In this document: piece by piece, positions 25,562 through 38,801 of the stretch | Position numbering within the stretch: the first letter of the stretch is position 1 | Layout of the letters: the number at the start of each line of letters is the position of its first letter | NCBI GenBank assembly: GCA_030704615.1 | Contig: CM060734.1 | Coordinates: 992,001 to 1,056,000, forward strand | Length of the DNA: 64,000 nucleotides | Source of the DNA: Takakia lepidozioides | Lineage: Eukaryota; Plantae; Bryophyta | Direction: 5' to 3' | Notes under the pieces: model-generated | The model's database searches: none | What the model saw: the letters and a program-made list of their open reading frames with translations, nothing else | What the model was told of the DNA's origin: nothing | Program-made: the position numbers and the translations under genes

Positions 25562-27259
25562 TCAAATCCAGGATCCCTCTGCCACTACACCTTCCACTAA
25601 CTCCGCAGAAGATGAAGTGACCTCCCCACTCTCACAGAGTGTTGCTGCTAGTCTGAACACTGCAGCTGGCCTTACCCCCGGCGTCGCAATCATGGTTGCC
25701 GAGAACAATGGGGCTTGACACACAGAGGTGGCTGCCCCCAATAACACACCGGCTGCACTAGCCTTGGTAGCAGGTGTTAGTGCTGCACGTGTAGCTCTCC
25801 CCAATGGCATAGTAACCTCCGCCTCGGTAACAGTCGGGCGAGAACTAGGTGCCATGGATGGCGTCGACACAGTCTCCGCCAATGTGAATGACTGAGGAAG
25901 CCTCGCCTGACGGCTTGCCTCCCCACGCTGTGGATCCAATTCCACCTCTGCACCTCGTGGCTCAGGAACTCGTGCTGCTCCTCGAGTCACGGCTGCAGCA
26001 GACTCCACCTGCTCTAGTGGTAGTGCTGCTCCGCACATGAATCCCATACCTCCCATATCTCCTCCCTCGGGAGCAGGAGGTGGACCATCCGGCCTTAGAG
26101 CCGGTACCGCCTGAGCTATAGCCATTGCAGCGAGCCTCTGCTCTAGCTGCTGAAGCCGGTTGGCCATGCCTTGGTCAACACCCTGACCTTCGCGTCCGTG
26201 GCCATGTTGAGCTTGCCCTTGGCCTGCACCTCGTGCCCGACCACCTCGTCCTCTCTGGGCTGGTCCACCTCGCCCCCGGCCACCATTGTTCCCTTGGAAC
26301 TGGCCTGGGCGCAACTCAGGATGCAAGTCATAACACTGGGCATCTCCATGCCCATACTTGCCACAATGCCCACACTGCAACTGTGCAGGCTGTGTTTGTG
26401 CCGGCCTAGTCCCTTGTGCCTGTGGGCTGACAGCTGTGCCCCGTGCAGGCATGTCCTTGCCAAATCCAATTGTAACAACTCGCTCCTCCACCATGTTGAG
26501 CTCAATCCGCTCAGCCAGCAGCAACACATCTGCTAATGTGGGTTGGGCTGCTTGTAACAGGGTTGCATCTCGCACCCTTCTCTTGAGCTCCTTGTCCAGA
26601 ATTCCATACCAAAACTGGATTTCCTGAGCTTCAGTAACCCCTTGGGTCACACTTATCAAGCGCCTCATATGAGTGTACGCCTCTCGTAGGCTCTCACTGG
26701 GTTTGCGCTGGAAGTCTTGCAAACTTCGCAGCTTCTCTGTCCGTACACCTTGGTAGTTCCTCCGCAACTCCTGGAAGAACTCCACCACCGGGTTGAATCT
26801 AGGCACATGTGTTGTAGTCGTGGCAGGAGGAGTAGTAGCACCTTTTGAACTGGTACCACCTGCAGAAGTACCAGCACTACTTGCTCCACTACTAGTGCTG
26901 GCAGTGGGAGCTATTGGTACTGATGCAGCTACTGGTCGCGTCGTGCCTCGAGTAATGGAGACGTAGTCAGGTGACCAATACATCCTCCACTCCTCAATCT
27001 CTGCTTCATGTCCTCGCCTGAACTCGTGGTAATCGTCCATAGGCGGGCCTTCCAAATGCTGGAACAGTCCCTTCCACGCCATGAATGGGGTGAATAGCTG
27101 TGGATTGCGCATCTGCTGCAAATCACACCAGCTGTCGAACTCCTGGATAAAGTCATCCAACTCGATTGTGCCCATAGCTCCAGAGTACCTACGAGGCCCC
27201 TTGGTAGCTCCATACATCTCCTCCATGTCGTCCCACAACAATGGCGAATGAAAGTGCAC
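25562..27259 (-). CDS. gag: gag of element 2 (one CCHC retained, one deleted in frame)
   Basis: FQRKPSESLREAY capsid-like motif, CGHCGKYGHGDAQC, RGG-rich tail; start codon uncertain. Confidence 0.8.
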   Translation of the reverse strand: MHFHSPLLWDDMEEMYGATKGPRRYSGAMGTIELDDFIQEFDSWCDLQQMRNPQLFTPFMAWKGLFQHLEGPPMDDYHEFRRGHEAEIEEWRMYWSPDYVSITRGTTRPVAASVPIAPTASTSSGASSAGTSAGGTSSKGATTPPATTTTHVPRFNPVVEFFQELRRNYQGVRTEKLRSLQDFQRKPSESLREAYTHMRRLISVTQGVTEAQEIQFWYGILDKELKRRVRDATLLQAAQPTLADVLLLAERIELNMVEERVVTIGFGKDMPARGTAVSPQAQGTRPAQTQPAQLQCGHCGKYGHGDAQCYDLHPELRPGQFQGNNGGRGRGGPAQRGRGGRARGAGQGQAQHGHGREGQGVDQGMANRLQQLEQRLAAMAIAQAVPALRPDGPPPAPEGGDMGGMGFMCGAALPLEQVESAAAVTRGAARVPEPRGAEVELDPQRGEASRQARLPQSFTLAETVSTPSMAPSSRPTVTEAEVTMPLGRATRAALTPATKASAAGVLLGAATSVCQAPLFSATMIATPGVRPAAVFRLAATLCESGEVTSSSAELVEGVVAEGSWI

Positions 27260-28134
27260 ACCTGTTGATGAAGCCTCCGAGTCTGTGTCTGACTCTACAG
27301 TAATTGAGGGTGGCGGTGAAGGTGGTCTGAACCGAATACCTCATCTTGTGAACCCACTCTCACTGTTATTGCCTATAGCCGTACTCCCCTCAAAACCCTT
27401 GGGTAACTCCGTAATGACACTCACAATGTGCACCTCCTCCACGTGACACTATAAGGCTCTAGTACTAATCTAATAGTGACACGGGTGGGCACCTGTTGCA
27501 GTTTAAGGGTCATATCCCAATGGCTCAGGGCACCTGCACCTGCATCCACCGCAAGAACTCCTATGGTTGGGTGGTCATCAACCCAGCCTCACCATAGAAG
27601 AAACACTGGTGGTCTTGTTGGTCATCACTCCAGCCTCACCACCGACATCATACTCTAGGATTGACCGGTGATCAAATCCGGCCTAATCCCTATGAAAGCA
27701 AGCGCCCACACAAAACCAACATGGCGCACAGTCAAGCATGCAGGTGTTGGGGGGGATCCAAACACAAGAAATCAAAACATCAACACCCCCACACCAAAAT
27801 CCAGCTGCAATGCTGATCCTGCAGAATAGCCCAGCCCAAAACCCCGGACTGACTGGCCTCCACCAAGAGAGGCTTTGGCAACTACAAGTACAAGGTAATG
27901 AAAATAGTACAGAGATGGAGGGGAAGAATAGAAGCCCGACCAAGCAAGATCTAATCCTGATCTATGCTATCAACTGCCAGACTTCTCTCAAAGCGCCTCG
28001 CTCTGCATGATGGTAAGGTGTAGGAGGCATATCTATGTCCAGAAACCTGCCACTAACCTTGTCCCAAGCTACAGTAGCTCGCTCTAACCAACCCTCCTCC
28101 TCTTTCTGCCAGGTAGAGACAAAGCAATGCTCCC

Positions 28135-28710
28135 CTATCTCCCGCTCACTGAACACTTAAGAAAACAAAGGTAGGTCTGATAGTCTCTCAACTCGAAAGC
28201 TTTGAGACGGTTGCGGGTGTCCTCATTGCGAATGACTGCATCTCCTTCACGCACAACAAACATGTCATTGCTGATGAACCCCTGCTCGTGATTGCCCTGT
28301 GCAGAGCGTATCCGGCTGCAATCGTGTCTGATTGCACAAACTTGTGTAGCTCCTGCTCCTCTGCTCCAGTACACCACGGCCTTGTGGCTGAACACCTTGG
28401 TCCCCGGGGCTGTCTTTGGCTGTGTTCCAAGCCTAGATTTCACCCACTTTGGTATTTCACCTACAGCTGCAGAACTGCTGGCTCCAACAGAGTTCTGACT
28501 GTCCAAGGCGATATTGAGGCCCTCAATGCCAATTACAGCAGTCTGTTGTCTACTGCTAATGCCTGACTCCCAGTATGCAATCAACTCGTCCAACTGTTCT
28601 CTACTCAAATCAGTCTGAGTTCCTTGGGAAACATAAATCTTGTCCCCTTGTGTGCACAGGCTAAGAGAAGAGACCTGCCCTTCAATTACGTCCTCATTTC
28701 CCCCAGCCAT
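28135..28710 (-). CDS. 191-aa ORF of unknown function in the leader of element 2
   Basis: ATG-initiated, element-sense, plausible composition; no motif recognised. Confidence 0.35.
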   Translation of the reverse strand: MAGGNEDVIEGQVSSLSLCTQGDKIYVSQGTQTDLSREQLDELIAYWESGISSRQQTAVIGIEGLNIALDSQNSVGASSSAAVGEIPKWVKSRLGTQPKTAPGTKVFSHKAVVYWSRGAGATQVCAIRHDCSRIRSAQGNHEQGFISNDMFVVREGDAVIRNEDTRNRLKAFELRDYQTYLCFLKCSVSGR

Positions 28711-29459
28711 ACAAGGAGTACATCCACAGATTTGTCTTTCATATAGACCAGCACAGGTTCTAGAAACAGAATTGTGGATCTTTCATGGCACACTCACACT
28801 CTAAAAATTCCATAGATTTTTAGCAGAGTCCTAAAAACAAAAACCAGGTCTAGATTGGTAGATTTCCCCTTTCTACAGCTATCCCCTCAAAAACTGGGTC
28901 AAACAGAGTCCATTTGACAAAGATATGACCAGCCAGGCTCTTTAACATAACACCTTTTTTTTTTCTTTTTTTTTTTCTTTTTTAACACCAAAACGTTCTC
29001 GCCATTACAACCTGTTCCCAGGTTATCTACGGGTTCCCGAGGCCGTTCCTCCCCACAAGACTTCGCCAGTGAGATTCATAGTCCCTTGGGAGGCATTGAA
29101 CAGTCTTTAACCAGCCAAGGGATAGATCCGGCACGGACTGTCAACTCAGCCTCTTCAGTGTAGGTGATTAGAGGATCTGTTGTAGCTGTCATGGAGGTGA
29201 CAGAGGAGACTCAAGGGGCAGATGGAGTAAAAGAACAGGTGAGTGTATCACAAGCATCTGCAGATGGCGTGGTTATGGACTCTCACCATCAGTTTGACCA
29301 TTCTGGAAGTTCTCTAAGGGATGCAGCGCTCCACTCTCAAGTGCCTGTGGCAGACACTGTATCAGAGGTGTATTTGCCTCCCAGCATAAACACACAGGGC
29401 TTTCTTGCTAGCGACACAAGGACAAGCACGGCACCCATAACATCCGCAAGGCTTGATCT

Positions 29460-29600
29460 TATAGCTCCTTGAGTGATCTTTCCGCTTTGGCAATGTGCCC
29501 AGGATACCACTGGACAAGTCTCGTAGACCTGGTAAGGTAGTCTATGTCATCATCCAAACTTTCCCACTTCTTCTGTACTTCCGCAATAGCTGCCACAGCT
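29460..29600 (-). pseudogene. Captured fragment of a chloroplast RbgA/YlqF-family GTPase (DAR GTPase 3-like)
   Basis: LVQWYPGHIAKAERSLKE matches the family N-terminal WYPGH motif. Confidence 0.8.
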
Positions 29601-30366
29601 CTCACCACCGTTGTGGGCTGAGGCCGGGACGCGATGGAAAGGGGAGCATGAGAAGATCGCCACGCTTGCAACCCTGCTGTTGGTTCCTGAGGCCCAAATA
29701 CCTAAGTATGGATGGCACTACACACAGCCCAGTGACCTGCGCTTCAAGCTGGCCCCCTTAATAAGACCGGACTCCCCAATGGTGCAGCACGGACGACATG
29801 CAATTCGAGACGTGTATAACTAGATAACTGTAAGTCTACTTGCGGGCCTGACCCTCAAACCACATGAGCTGCTACTTCTCTTCCTGCAAACCACTACTTT
29901 GGAGTGCATCTACCGCTCTGCCGCTCTGCAGCAGCCCCCGACATCAAGTTGCCTAACACTGCAAACCCAGCTCGCAATTTACCGCTACGTTCTGGGCAGA
30001 CAATCTCTTCAGGATGCAGTTTGTGGACAGTATATCTCCGATGGCATTCACCTCTCAGAGAAACGCCGTCTCTGGATTGATTCACCTCCCCTGCCTTGTG
30101 CTGGCTCCCGCTCCCTCACAAGCGAGCGTTGATCTTGAAGACGTCTCTCCCGAAACAGAGAGGCCCCACATGACTTGTACACCTGATTATTCCCTACTTC
30201 CTGCTCAAGTGGCCACAAATTGGGTTATGGCTTGCAGGGTTTGGTTGTTGTCGCAGCATCCTCGTCAACATTTTCCCAGCTTTGCAGCTCTTGCGCAGCT
30301 GCTTACGTACGCTGAAAGCTCCCAGAGCAGCACCATTGTCTCAAGCGTGCTGCAGCCAGCGTCTTA

Positions 30367-30663
<297 letters not shown>

Positions 30664-30811
30664 TCAAACTCACGCGCAGAGACGACAACTAAATCTGCGC
30701 GCACAGCCCATGGCAACAGCAGGGCCAGATGGACTCCTGCCCCCAAATATATATTATAATAGTGCTAAAAACAAACATCGTATCTAGCTTAGCACCAGCA
30801 CACTAGATAAC

Positions 30812-30827
30812 GCTCATCTCTCTCGAA
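30812..30827 (-). promoter_or_regulatory. Self-complementary primer-binding site of element 2
   Basis: (T)TCGAGAGAGATGAGC directly after B1, complementary to GCTCATCTCTCTCGA inside B (31018-31032). Confidence 0.8.
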
Positions 30828-31182
30828 TGATAAGAAAACTAGAAAACACACTGCTCACACCAGAAACAACATGAACCCATCGCTATCACTCTTTAAAACA
30901 GAAGTCGAGTCAGGGGCACCCCAAGCTATGGGGACTCCACCCCACAACAACCTACACTCCCATCATAAGCACACTCAAATCTAAACGCATGAAGGAGCTC
31001 GGTCGTGCAGGCTCAACTCGAGAGAGATGAGCTGCGCGACTACCGCTCTCGTGAAGATAAGACGGACCAGGTGTCAAACTAAACTTGACACCTGATTTAA
31101 CACTTGACCTAAATCCAAGTGTTAAATACAAATAACTAGTTTTATTCTAGTTGTTTTCACATTGTGCTTATTTAACTTGACA
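30828..31182 (-). repeat. Repeat B1 (5' terminus of element 2)
   Basis: Matches 12495-12849; flanked by TSD AGGT. Confidence 0.93.
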
Positions 31183-31205
31183 AGGTTAAGCGAAGAAAGG
31201 TAGGA

Positions 31206-32481
31206 CAGGATTTCGAATGGTGCAACGCACAGACATCCCGGCCCACGCATTTCCGGTTCCTCAGACCCAGCCATTGCAGACTGCTCGGTCCAGTAGAGAC
31301 GGATTGGACAATTCTGCACATCCCACAATGCGATTCGGAAGAGTGAAGAGACGACACCCTCCCAACAAGTTGAATGAGACTCGGATTGCCAATGCTCTTG
31401 GGATGGCTTGCACTATTCAGAGCTCCGTGGACGTACCCCCACCCGGCCTTGGGCGTGTGTATCGGATGGCAACGGCCGGCTCGGCTGTACGCGACGATGT
31501 ATACACAATTACGATTGGAGTGGAGCCGACTTGCAATTGTACGGACTTCTCGTTGATGGAAGCAAAGAAGGGTTCGAAGTATTATCCGTGCAAGCATCTG
31601 TATTACATTTACCTAAAGAGGTTGAGGATGAACGTGACTATTGATGACTTTATTCATGCACCGGCGTTGAGCGTGAACGAGCTGCACAAACTCCTCCTTA
31701 GGGATTCCAGAAATCATTGATGGGGCAAAGGGAATCCTCCATATGGATATTTTCAATTGCATTTTGCTGTATCAGACTTTTTTTTGCAGTGTAATGAAAT
31801 GCACCCCAAAACTCCTGGAATGATGCAATATTCCATTCAAACTGAGATCCAACAGAAGCAGTTGTGGGGCCATTTCTGGAAAAATGGCGCCGAATTTCTC
31901 TTTTTGGGGCCGAAAACTGGCTAAGTCCCAACATGCACTAGTACCTGTGTCTGGGAAAATGGCGCGCCATGTCACCTTCCAAATGTTGACATGCACTGGT
32001 ACCGTATCTGGAAAAATGGCGCCAAATTTCTCTTTTTTGGGCCGAAAACTGGCTAAGTCCCAACATGCACTGGTACAGTGTCTGGAAAAATGGCGCCGAA
32101 TTTCCCTATTTTGCGCCGAAAACTGGCTAAGTCCGAACATGCACTGGAAAAATGGCGCCGAATTACCTGTCATGAGGGGACCTATAGCCGCGGAATTCGG
32201 CACCATTTTTCGCCAGAGAGACCTATTACCGCGAAATACGTCGTCGTTTTTTTCAGGTTACGGACCCTATTACCGCGAAATTCGGCGCCATATTTGCACA
32301 TGTCGCTGGGAATTGGCATGAGCGGAAGACGAAATATCATGAGCACAACTGTCAAAACTGCAATTTTCCCTTCAAGGGGCCGAATAATATATTTGTTTTT
32401 CCTGACACATTGCATTAAATTATTGTTTTTTATTGTTTTTTATTTTCGAAAATTGTACTTCTGCTCATGAAAACCGATTGT
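31206..32481 (+). mobile_element. Terminal fragment of the MULE/SWIM-type DNA transposon (inverted copy of ~59223-60365)
   Basis: Same SWIM C-terminus (CNC...CKH) and ~73-bp subterminal repeats (gaaaaatggcgccgaattt). Confidence 0.85.
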
Positions 32482-32486
32482 CTAGT

Positions 32487-33790
32487 ATGAGTGCCAACCG
32501 TGCAAGCTTCCCTGTAAGCTTGTCTGACTCCATCAACCTCTTGAGTGGCTGGTGATCCGTGACAAGGGTGAAGAGATTGCCATATAGATAGCACCTGAAG
32601 TGTGCCACGGCCCACACTGCAGCTAAGCACTCTCCCTCATATGAGCTATACTTAGCCTTTGCAGCGTTGTTCGAGCGACTGACTTAAGCCACTACGAACT
32701 ATCTTCCCTCATCATCCACCTGTGTGAGCACCGCTCCAAGCCCCAGCATGCTCCAATCTGTATGCAGCTGAAAAAGACGCCCCTTGATAGGTCGTCTCAA
32801 AATGGGCGCCGAGGTCAACCTCGCCTTGAGCTCTTGGAAAGCTCGTTCTTGCTCATCTTCCCACTGCCACTCCTAGTCCACCTTGGTCAGCTTGGTTAGA
32901 GCCTTTGCAATGGCACTAAATCCCTTGACAAACCGTCTATAATAGTTTGCCAACCCCATGAAAGCTCGAACTCGGCTCACACACGTGGGGCGTGGAATTT
33001 GTGCAATGGCCTCTACCTTAGTCTGCTGTACCCCCAATCCTCCAGGATATATCATATGACCCAGATACTCAATTTGGTTGTAGAAAAACTTGCACTTCCC
33101 CGGATGTAACTTCAATTCGTGCGCCCTCAAGTGCTCAAATACCACCTGAAGGTGTCTCTCATGCTCCTCCACCGTAGCACTAAAGATGATGATGTCATCT
33201 ATGTAGCACCGAGCAAACTCCACCCCTGCTAGAATTCTGTCCATGACTCTCTGAAACTCTGCAGGAGCGTTCTTAAGCCCAAATGGTAACCCGCCACTGA
33301 TATAGGCAATCCTTCCCGTGCTCATTGATCCCCCAGAATGCCGTCTTCTGCTTATTCGCCTCCTTGATCGGCAACTGGTGATATCCGGATCGTAAATCCA
33401 AAGTGCTAAAGACCTTGGCATGCCCAATGGCATCAAAGATCTCCTCTGGTGTTGGCATGGCATACCTATCGGACTTGGACTGACGATTTACAGGCTGGTA
33501 ATCAACGCACATACGTCTCTCCGTCCAATTGTCATAGACATCCTTCTTGGCTAGCATCACTGTGGCTGAAGCATACTCTCCACCAGATAGCTCCACCAAA
33601 CCAGCCTCCCAGAGGTCCTGAGTCCTCATCTGAATCAAGGACCTCTCCATGTCACTGTATCTATAGGGTCTCCGAAAGATTGGCGTGTCAGTGGCCAATT
33701 CAATGCGAATTTCTTAACCCTTCAGTGCTCCCAAGTCCTTCAAACTGAAGGCAAAGCAGTTACTGTAAGCCCTCAAGAACCGCCGTATAC
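32487..33790 (-). pseudogene. RT and partial RNase H of element 1
   Basis: [30 protein letters not shown]; stops and frameshift. Confidence 0.92.
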
Positions 33791-33902
33791 GTCGTCTCTC
33801 TCCTCCGGTGACTATGGATCCAATATCAGGCTCCCAGTTGTCCTCCGTGACTGCAACCTTGAGTCCAGCAGGCTTAGAGGTAGAAGACGCGTTCCGTGGT
33901 TG

Positions 33903-35915
33903 CTATGCTGCAACCTCTTGAGCAGTGACCACTACCTGCTCTGTCAGTGACAATGTCTCATCCTGCCCCATCATCCCATCCTTAAGGACCTCCTCAACCC
34001 GAGAAAAATCCCCAACCTCATCCATCACCGCCGCCTTGGCTGCCAACTCCTTCTGAACCTCGAGCACCTCCCACGTGTGCCATGGATGCAGCCTGCACCT
34101 CGTGGTCCTCACCTGTTCGCCCCCACTCGCTGCTTGTACCGTCTCGGTAGGCAGAGAGACTATCAAGGGAAGTGTACTCCATACTCTGCGCTGCTCAGCC
34201 ATAGCCAAGCTGATAATCCAGGTCAAGCAATTGAGATCCATGGTTTGCCCCAACACCTGACAACGTGATGCCTCAGAAAGAGATGGCACCACCGTGGTAC
34301 CAGTGGTAAAACCCATTGCCTGCTCGCGCTCGTCAGCATTGGGCTCCACTAACTATTGCAACTGACTATCCCACAAGAGGCCAGGTCCACCATCCCGGAA
34401 AGCATGAGATCCTGGAAAGCTGAGCAGTGTAGGCAATGCTGCTCGTGGGTGACCCACCTTATTGACCACTACCAAAGGTGATCGGTCATCGTGTCTCACA
34501 CGTTGAGACTGCCTCCCTATGTCCAAAATGCTATCCACCGTCAGGTTTGGTGGCCGCTGCACCCCATCAAATGCACGCTTGAGCAATGCAGGTGGCATCA
34601 AGTTGGTCCACCATAGTCGTGGGCGATGAGCCCGTGACCCCACTGCAGCTGCATCCAGCAACACTGCTGACCCAAGCCAAGACCGCACTTGATGTACACT
34701 GGCCATCACCTTGGCCCGAGAATCACCCATCAATGGCACATTCTCCAAGATATATGCCGGAGAGTCTGTCTGCTGAAGCTGTAAATAGCGCAGGACCCTC
34801 AACATCTCCCAAAACAGGCGTGACCTTGAGTCTTGTAACCCATTGTCATACCCAGCTGATGAAAGCCCTTGGCAGGGCCAACCTGCCATTACTAAGTGAA
34901 TAGGGCCAACCCGCTCCAAATCATGCGCCCCTAGCAAGGAGATGTCTGCTGGCAAGGCTTGTTGGTATCCACGAACTGCAGACACTGGCAACAAATCAGG
35001 GTACTGCTGCACCAACTGAGCAATATGACGCAGTGAGATGCGTCGTGCAGTCTCATCCCTCTCCATATATAGGTAACGTCGAACTCGTACACCTGCCTGC
35101 AGCACTGCAGCCAATTCAGTGCTAATCCCGCCAAACAAGTCCAGAAGGCATATGCCTTCATCCGGGCACTGCCACACAAGAGATGTGGTGTCCAATGGCA
35201 ACAACTGAGGTGGTCTTGGTGCAATCACCGCATTCTCCTCCTCTCCTAACGGTACAAAGGCCTCTACCCAGGCTTGTTGCACCCGTCTATCAGTAGCCTG
35301 CTGCAAATCTTTGCTCGTACCCCACAATGGAGTGTGAGCAACCATGGCAGGCAACTCCATCGTATCATGCATGTCATCCTGCTCTGCTGGAGGTAGCATA
35401 TCCTCTGCATGGGCATTGCACTCCAGCAACTCTCCAGGCCAACTAAGTGCTGTTGTGAAGGCTGCTAGTGTTGGCATCTTGCCCCGTTGGGCAGCAGCAA
35501 TACCCCCAATGAACGTCACAGGGAGCTGTACATGACAACCATCCCCTGACTGCCATCCAGGCCTGTAGGATGCTGACTCCTCCCAAAAATCCAGGGTGAA
35601 GCCTATAGGATACAACACTGCCCCACCAACGAGGACATCATAAGAGACCGCGTCTATCACAATGGCATTGGCTCGCATCACTGAGCCATCTATAGGATGA
35701 TCTGGCTGTAGTCTAATGGCCAACTCACGCCGTGTCATGCCCCGAGCCTTCTCTGATCCTCCCAGAGATGTCTGTATCTGGAAGGGACAATGCTCCATAT
35801 CCGCCTCCATGACGCCCAAACCTGCAATAACGGCTTTGCCCAACATCAGTGGCTGAGCTCCCAAGTCCAACAAGACCCGCAATGGCCAGTACCTCTTGCC
35901 TGCCGGTCCACTCAA
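33903..35915 (-). pseudogene. Protease plus DNMT3-like methyltransferase of element 1 (in frame with each other; one stop at ~34353)
   Basis: LLDLFGGIST, AGWPCQ, ILENVP, AHRPRLWWTN, EREQAMGF, QVLGQTMD. Confidence 0.92.
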
Positions 35916-36001
35916 AGAAAAAATGCCATCCTGGTTGTCTTACAAGACAACTCCAGGTGTCACCATGGCGCGCTCAAAGGCTGGCCTAGTTGGCAGCTCC
36001 G

Positions 36002-38060
36002 TCAACCTGGCAGCGCAGCTTGCCATGGCGCAGCCGTGGCAGTCTTGACCCTCAAATCCGAGGATCCCTCTGCCACTACACCTTCCACTAACTCCGCAGA
36101 AGATGAAGTGACCTCCCCACTCTCACAAAGTGTTGCTGCTAGTCTGAATACTTCAGCTGGTCTTACCCCCGGCGTCACAATCATGGTTGCCGAGAATAGT
36201 GGGGCCTGACACACAGAGGTGGCCGCCCCCAACAACACACTGGCTGCACTAGCCTTGGCAGCAGGTGTCGGTGCTGCATGTGTAGCTCTTCCCAATGGCA
36301 CAATAACCTCCGCCTCGGTATCCGTGGGGCAAGAATTAGATGCCATGGATGTCGTCGACACTGTCTACGCCAAGATGAATGATTGAGGCAACCTAGCCTG
36401 ACGGCTTGCCTCCCCACGTTGTGAATCCAACTCCACCTCTGCACCTCGTGGCTCAGGAACTCGTGCTGCTCCTCGAGTGACGGCTGCAGCAGACTCCACC
36501 TGCATTAGTGGTAGTGCTGCCCCACACATAAATCCCATGCCTCCTATGTCTCCTCCGTCAGGATGACGCTGCTGAGGAGAAACAGGAGGTGGACCCTTAG
36601 GTCTTGGAGCTGGTACCACCTGAGCTGTGGCCATGGCAACAAGCCTTTGCTCTAGCTGCTGAAGCCGGTTGGCCATACCTTGGTCAACGCCCTGACCTCC
36701 ACGTCCTTGGCCATACTGTGCTTGCCCTCGTCCTGCACCTCGTGCCTGAGCACCTCGTCCTCTCTGAGGTGCTCCACCTCGCCCTCGGCCACCATTGTTC
36801 CCTTGGAACTGGCCTCGCCGCAACTCAGGGTGCAAGTCATAACACTGGGCATCTCCATGCTCATATTTGCCACAATGCCCACACTGCAACTGTGCAGGCT
36901 GTGCTTGTGCCGGCCCTTTGCCACTTTCTGGGCAATCTTTCTTGACATGGGGTCCTCCACATGTCCAACATACCACCCCTGGTTGTTGTTGGCCTGCAAA
37001 AGAAGCTATTAGCCTCTGCACCTGAGGTCCCCTGTAAGCTCCATGGAATTTGGGTTGGGCAACCTTGCCCCCCTGACCACGCTATTGGGCAGTCCCTTGT
37101 ACCTGTTGGCTGGTAGCTGCACCTCGTGCAGGCATGTCCTTGCCAAATCCAATGGTAACAACTCGCTCCTCCACCATGTTGAGCTCAATCCGCTCAGCCA
37201 GCAGAAACACATCTGCTAATGTGGGTTGGGCCGCTTGTAACAGGGTTGCATCCCGCACCCTTCTCCTGAGCTCCTTGTCCAAAATTCCATACCAAAACTG
37301 GACTGCCTGAGCTTCAGTAACCCCTTGGGTCACACTTATCAAGCGCCTCATACGAGTGTAGGCCTCTCGCAAGCTCTCACTGGATTTGTGCTGGAAGTCT
37401 TGCAAACTTCGCAGCTTCTCTGTCCGTACGCCTTGGTAGTTCGTCCGCAACTCGTGAAAGAACTCCACCACCGGGTTGAATCTAGGCACATATGTTGTAG
37501 TCGTGGCAGGAGGAGTAGTAGCACCTTTTGAACTGGTACCACCTGCAGAAGTACCGGCACTATTTGTTCCACTACTAGTGCTGGCAGTGGGAGATATTGG
37601 TGCTGATGCAGCTACTGGTCGCGTCGTGCCTCGAGTAATGGAGACGTAGTCAGGTGACCAATACATCCTCCACTCCTCAATCTCTGCTTCATGTCCTCGC
37701 CTGAACTCGTGGTAATCGCCCATAGGCGGGCCTTCCAAATGCTGGAACAGTCCCTTCCACGCCATGAATGGGGTGAACAGCTGTGGATTGCGCATCTGCT
37801 GCAAATCACACCAGCTGTCAAACTCTTGGATAAAGTCATCCAGCTCGATTGTGCCCATAGCTCTAGAGTACCTACGAGGCCCCTTGGTAGCTCCATACAT
37901 CTCCTCCATGTCGTCCCACAACAATGGCGAATGAAACTGCACACCTGTTGATGAAGCCTCCGAGTCTGTGTCTGACTCTACACTAGTTGAGGGTGGAGGT
38001 GAAGGTGGTCTGAAATGAACACCTCGTCTGGTGAACCCACTCTCACTACTGGTGAACCCA
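36002..38060 (-). pseudogene. gag: gag of element 1 with two CCHC knuckles
   Basis: CWTCGGPHVKKDC and CGHCGKYEHGDAQC; in-frame stops. Confidence 0.85.
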
Positions 38061-38517
38061 CTCTCACAATCTGTAGGTCCTCGCGCAAATTTGAGGTCAA
38101 ACAGCCTTTGTATGACCAAGTTATGGCAAAAACAGGCTCTGTATAATTTAAATTGGATCAAAACAAAGCTCCAAATGTATTTCAATAAATACAAGTATTT
38201 TTGACGTACCCTACATGTTTCATGCGAATACCCGTAATTCCGAGGACGGATCTCTACATGTGCAGGAGCTTTAAAACTGGGAGTCGGGGATTTGCTACTG
38301 GTCGGTGCAGGAAAGAAAACTTCGCAGTCAGGTGCCAAGCGCCATGAATACCATTCCAAACAACGATGGCCTAATGCCCAAGATCCTGTCTTAACTGCGT
38401 AATTTGTTCAATCAGTGGAGCTCCTTCAAGCAACTGCTCCAGTCGTTTGTACTGATCATATCTTCTTAGCTAGCCCCCCACCCTGCCCCCTCCCTCTCAC
38501 ATTGTGTCAGACGAACA

Positions 38518-38770
38518 CCTTAACACGGAAGAGGCCATCGAGCAGAATGTTTGAGGTCTTGACATCACAGTGGACATAGTGGGCCTTGGTGTAATCGTGG
38601 ATGTACTCCAGCCCCGCTACATCCAAGGCTATCTGCACTCTGCCTGACCATGGTAATGGCCGATGCCCATTTGCAGCAGCGTTATGAAGACGATCGCTGA
38701 GAGCTCCCTTCTCAACAAACTCGTAAGCCAGGAACAGACTGGTCTCACCTGCCGAATATCCGATCAACTC
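38518..38770 (-). pseudogene. Captured LysM receptor-like kinase (CERK1/LYK-type) kinase fragment
   Basis: [19 protein letters not shown]...[35 protein letters not shown]. Confidence 0.82.
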
Positions 38771-38801
38771 CACCTTCGGTGGAACAACCCAACTCACAAA
38801 G

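Noticed and set aside
32482-32486. Helitron 3' end (CTAG-T)
   Set aside because: No convincing subterminal hairpin, the second copy lacks it, and the linked gene is SWIM/MULE-like.
37082-38359. 425-aa ORF as a full gag with a novel N-terminus
   Set aside because: Similarity to element 2 ends near 38066; the upstream part is probably chance read-through into cargo.
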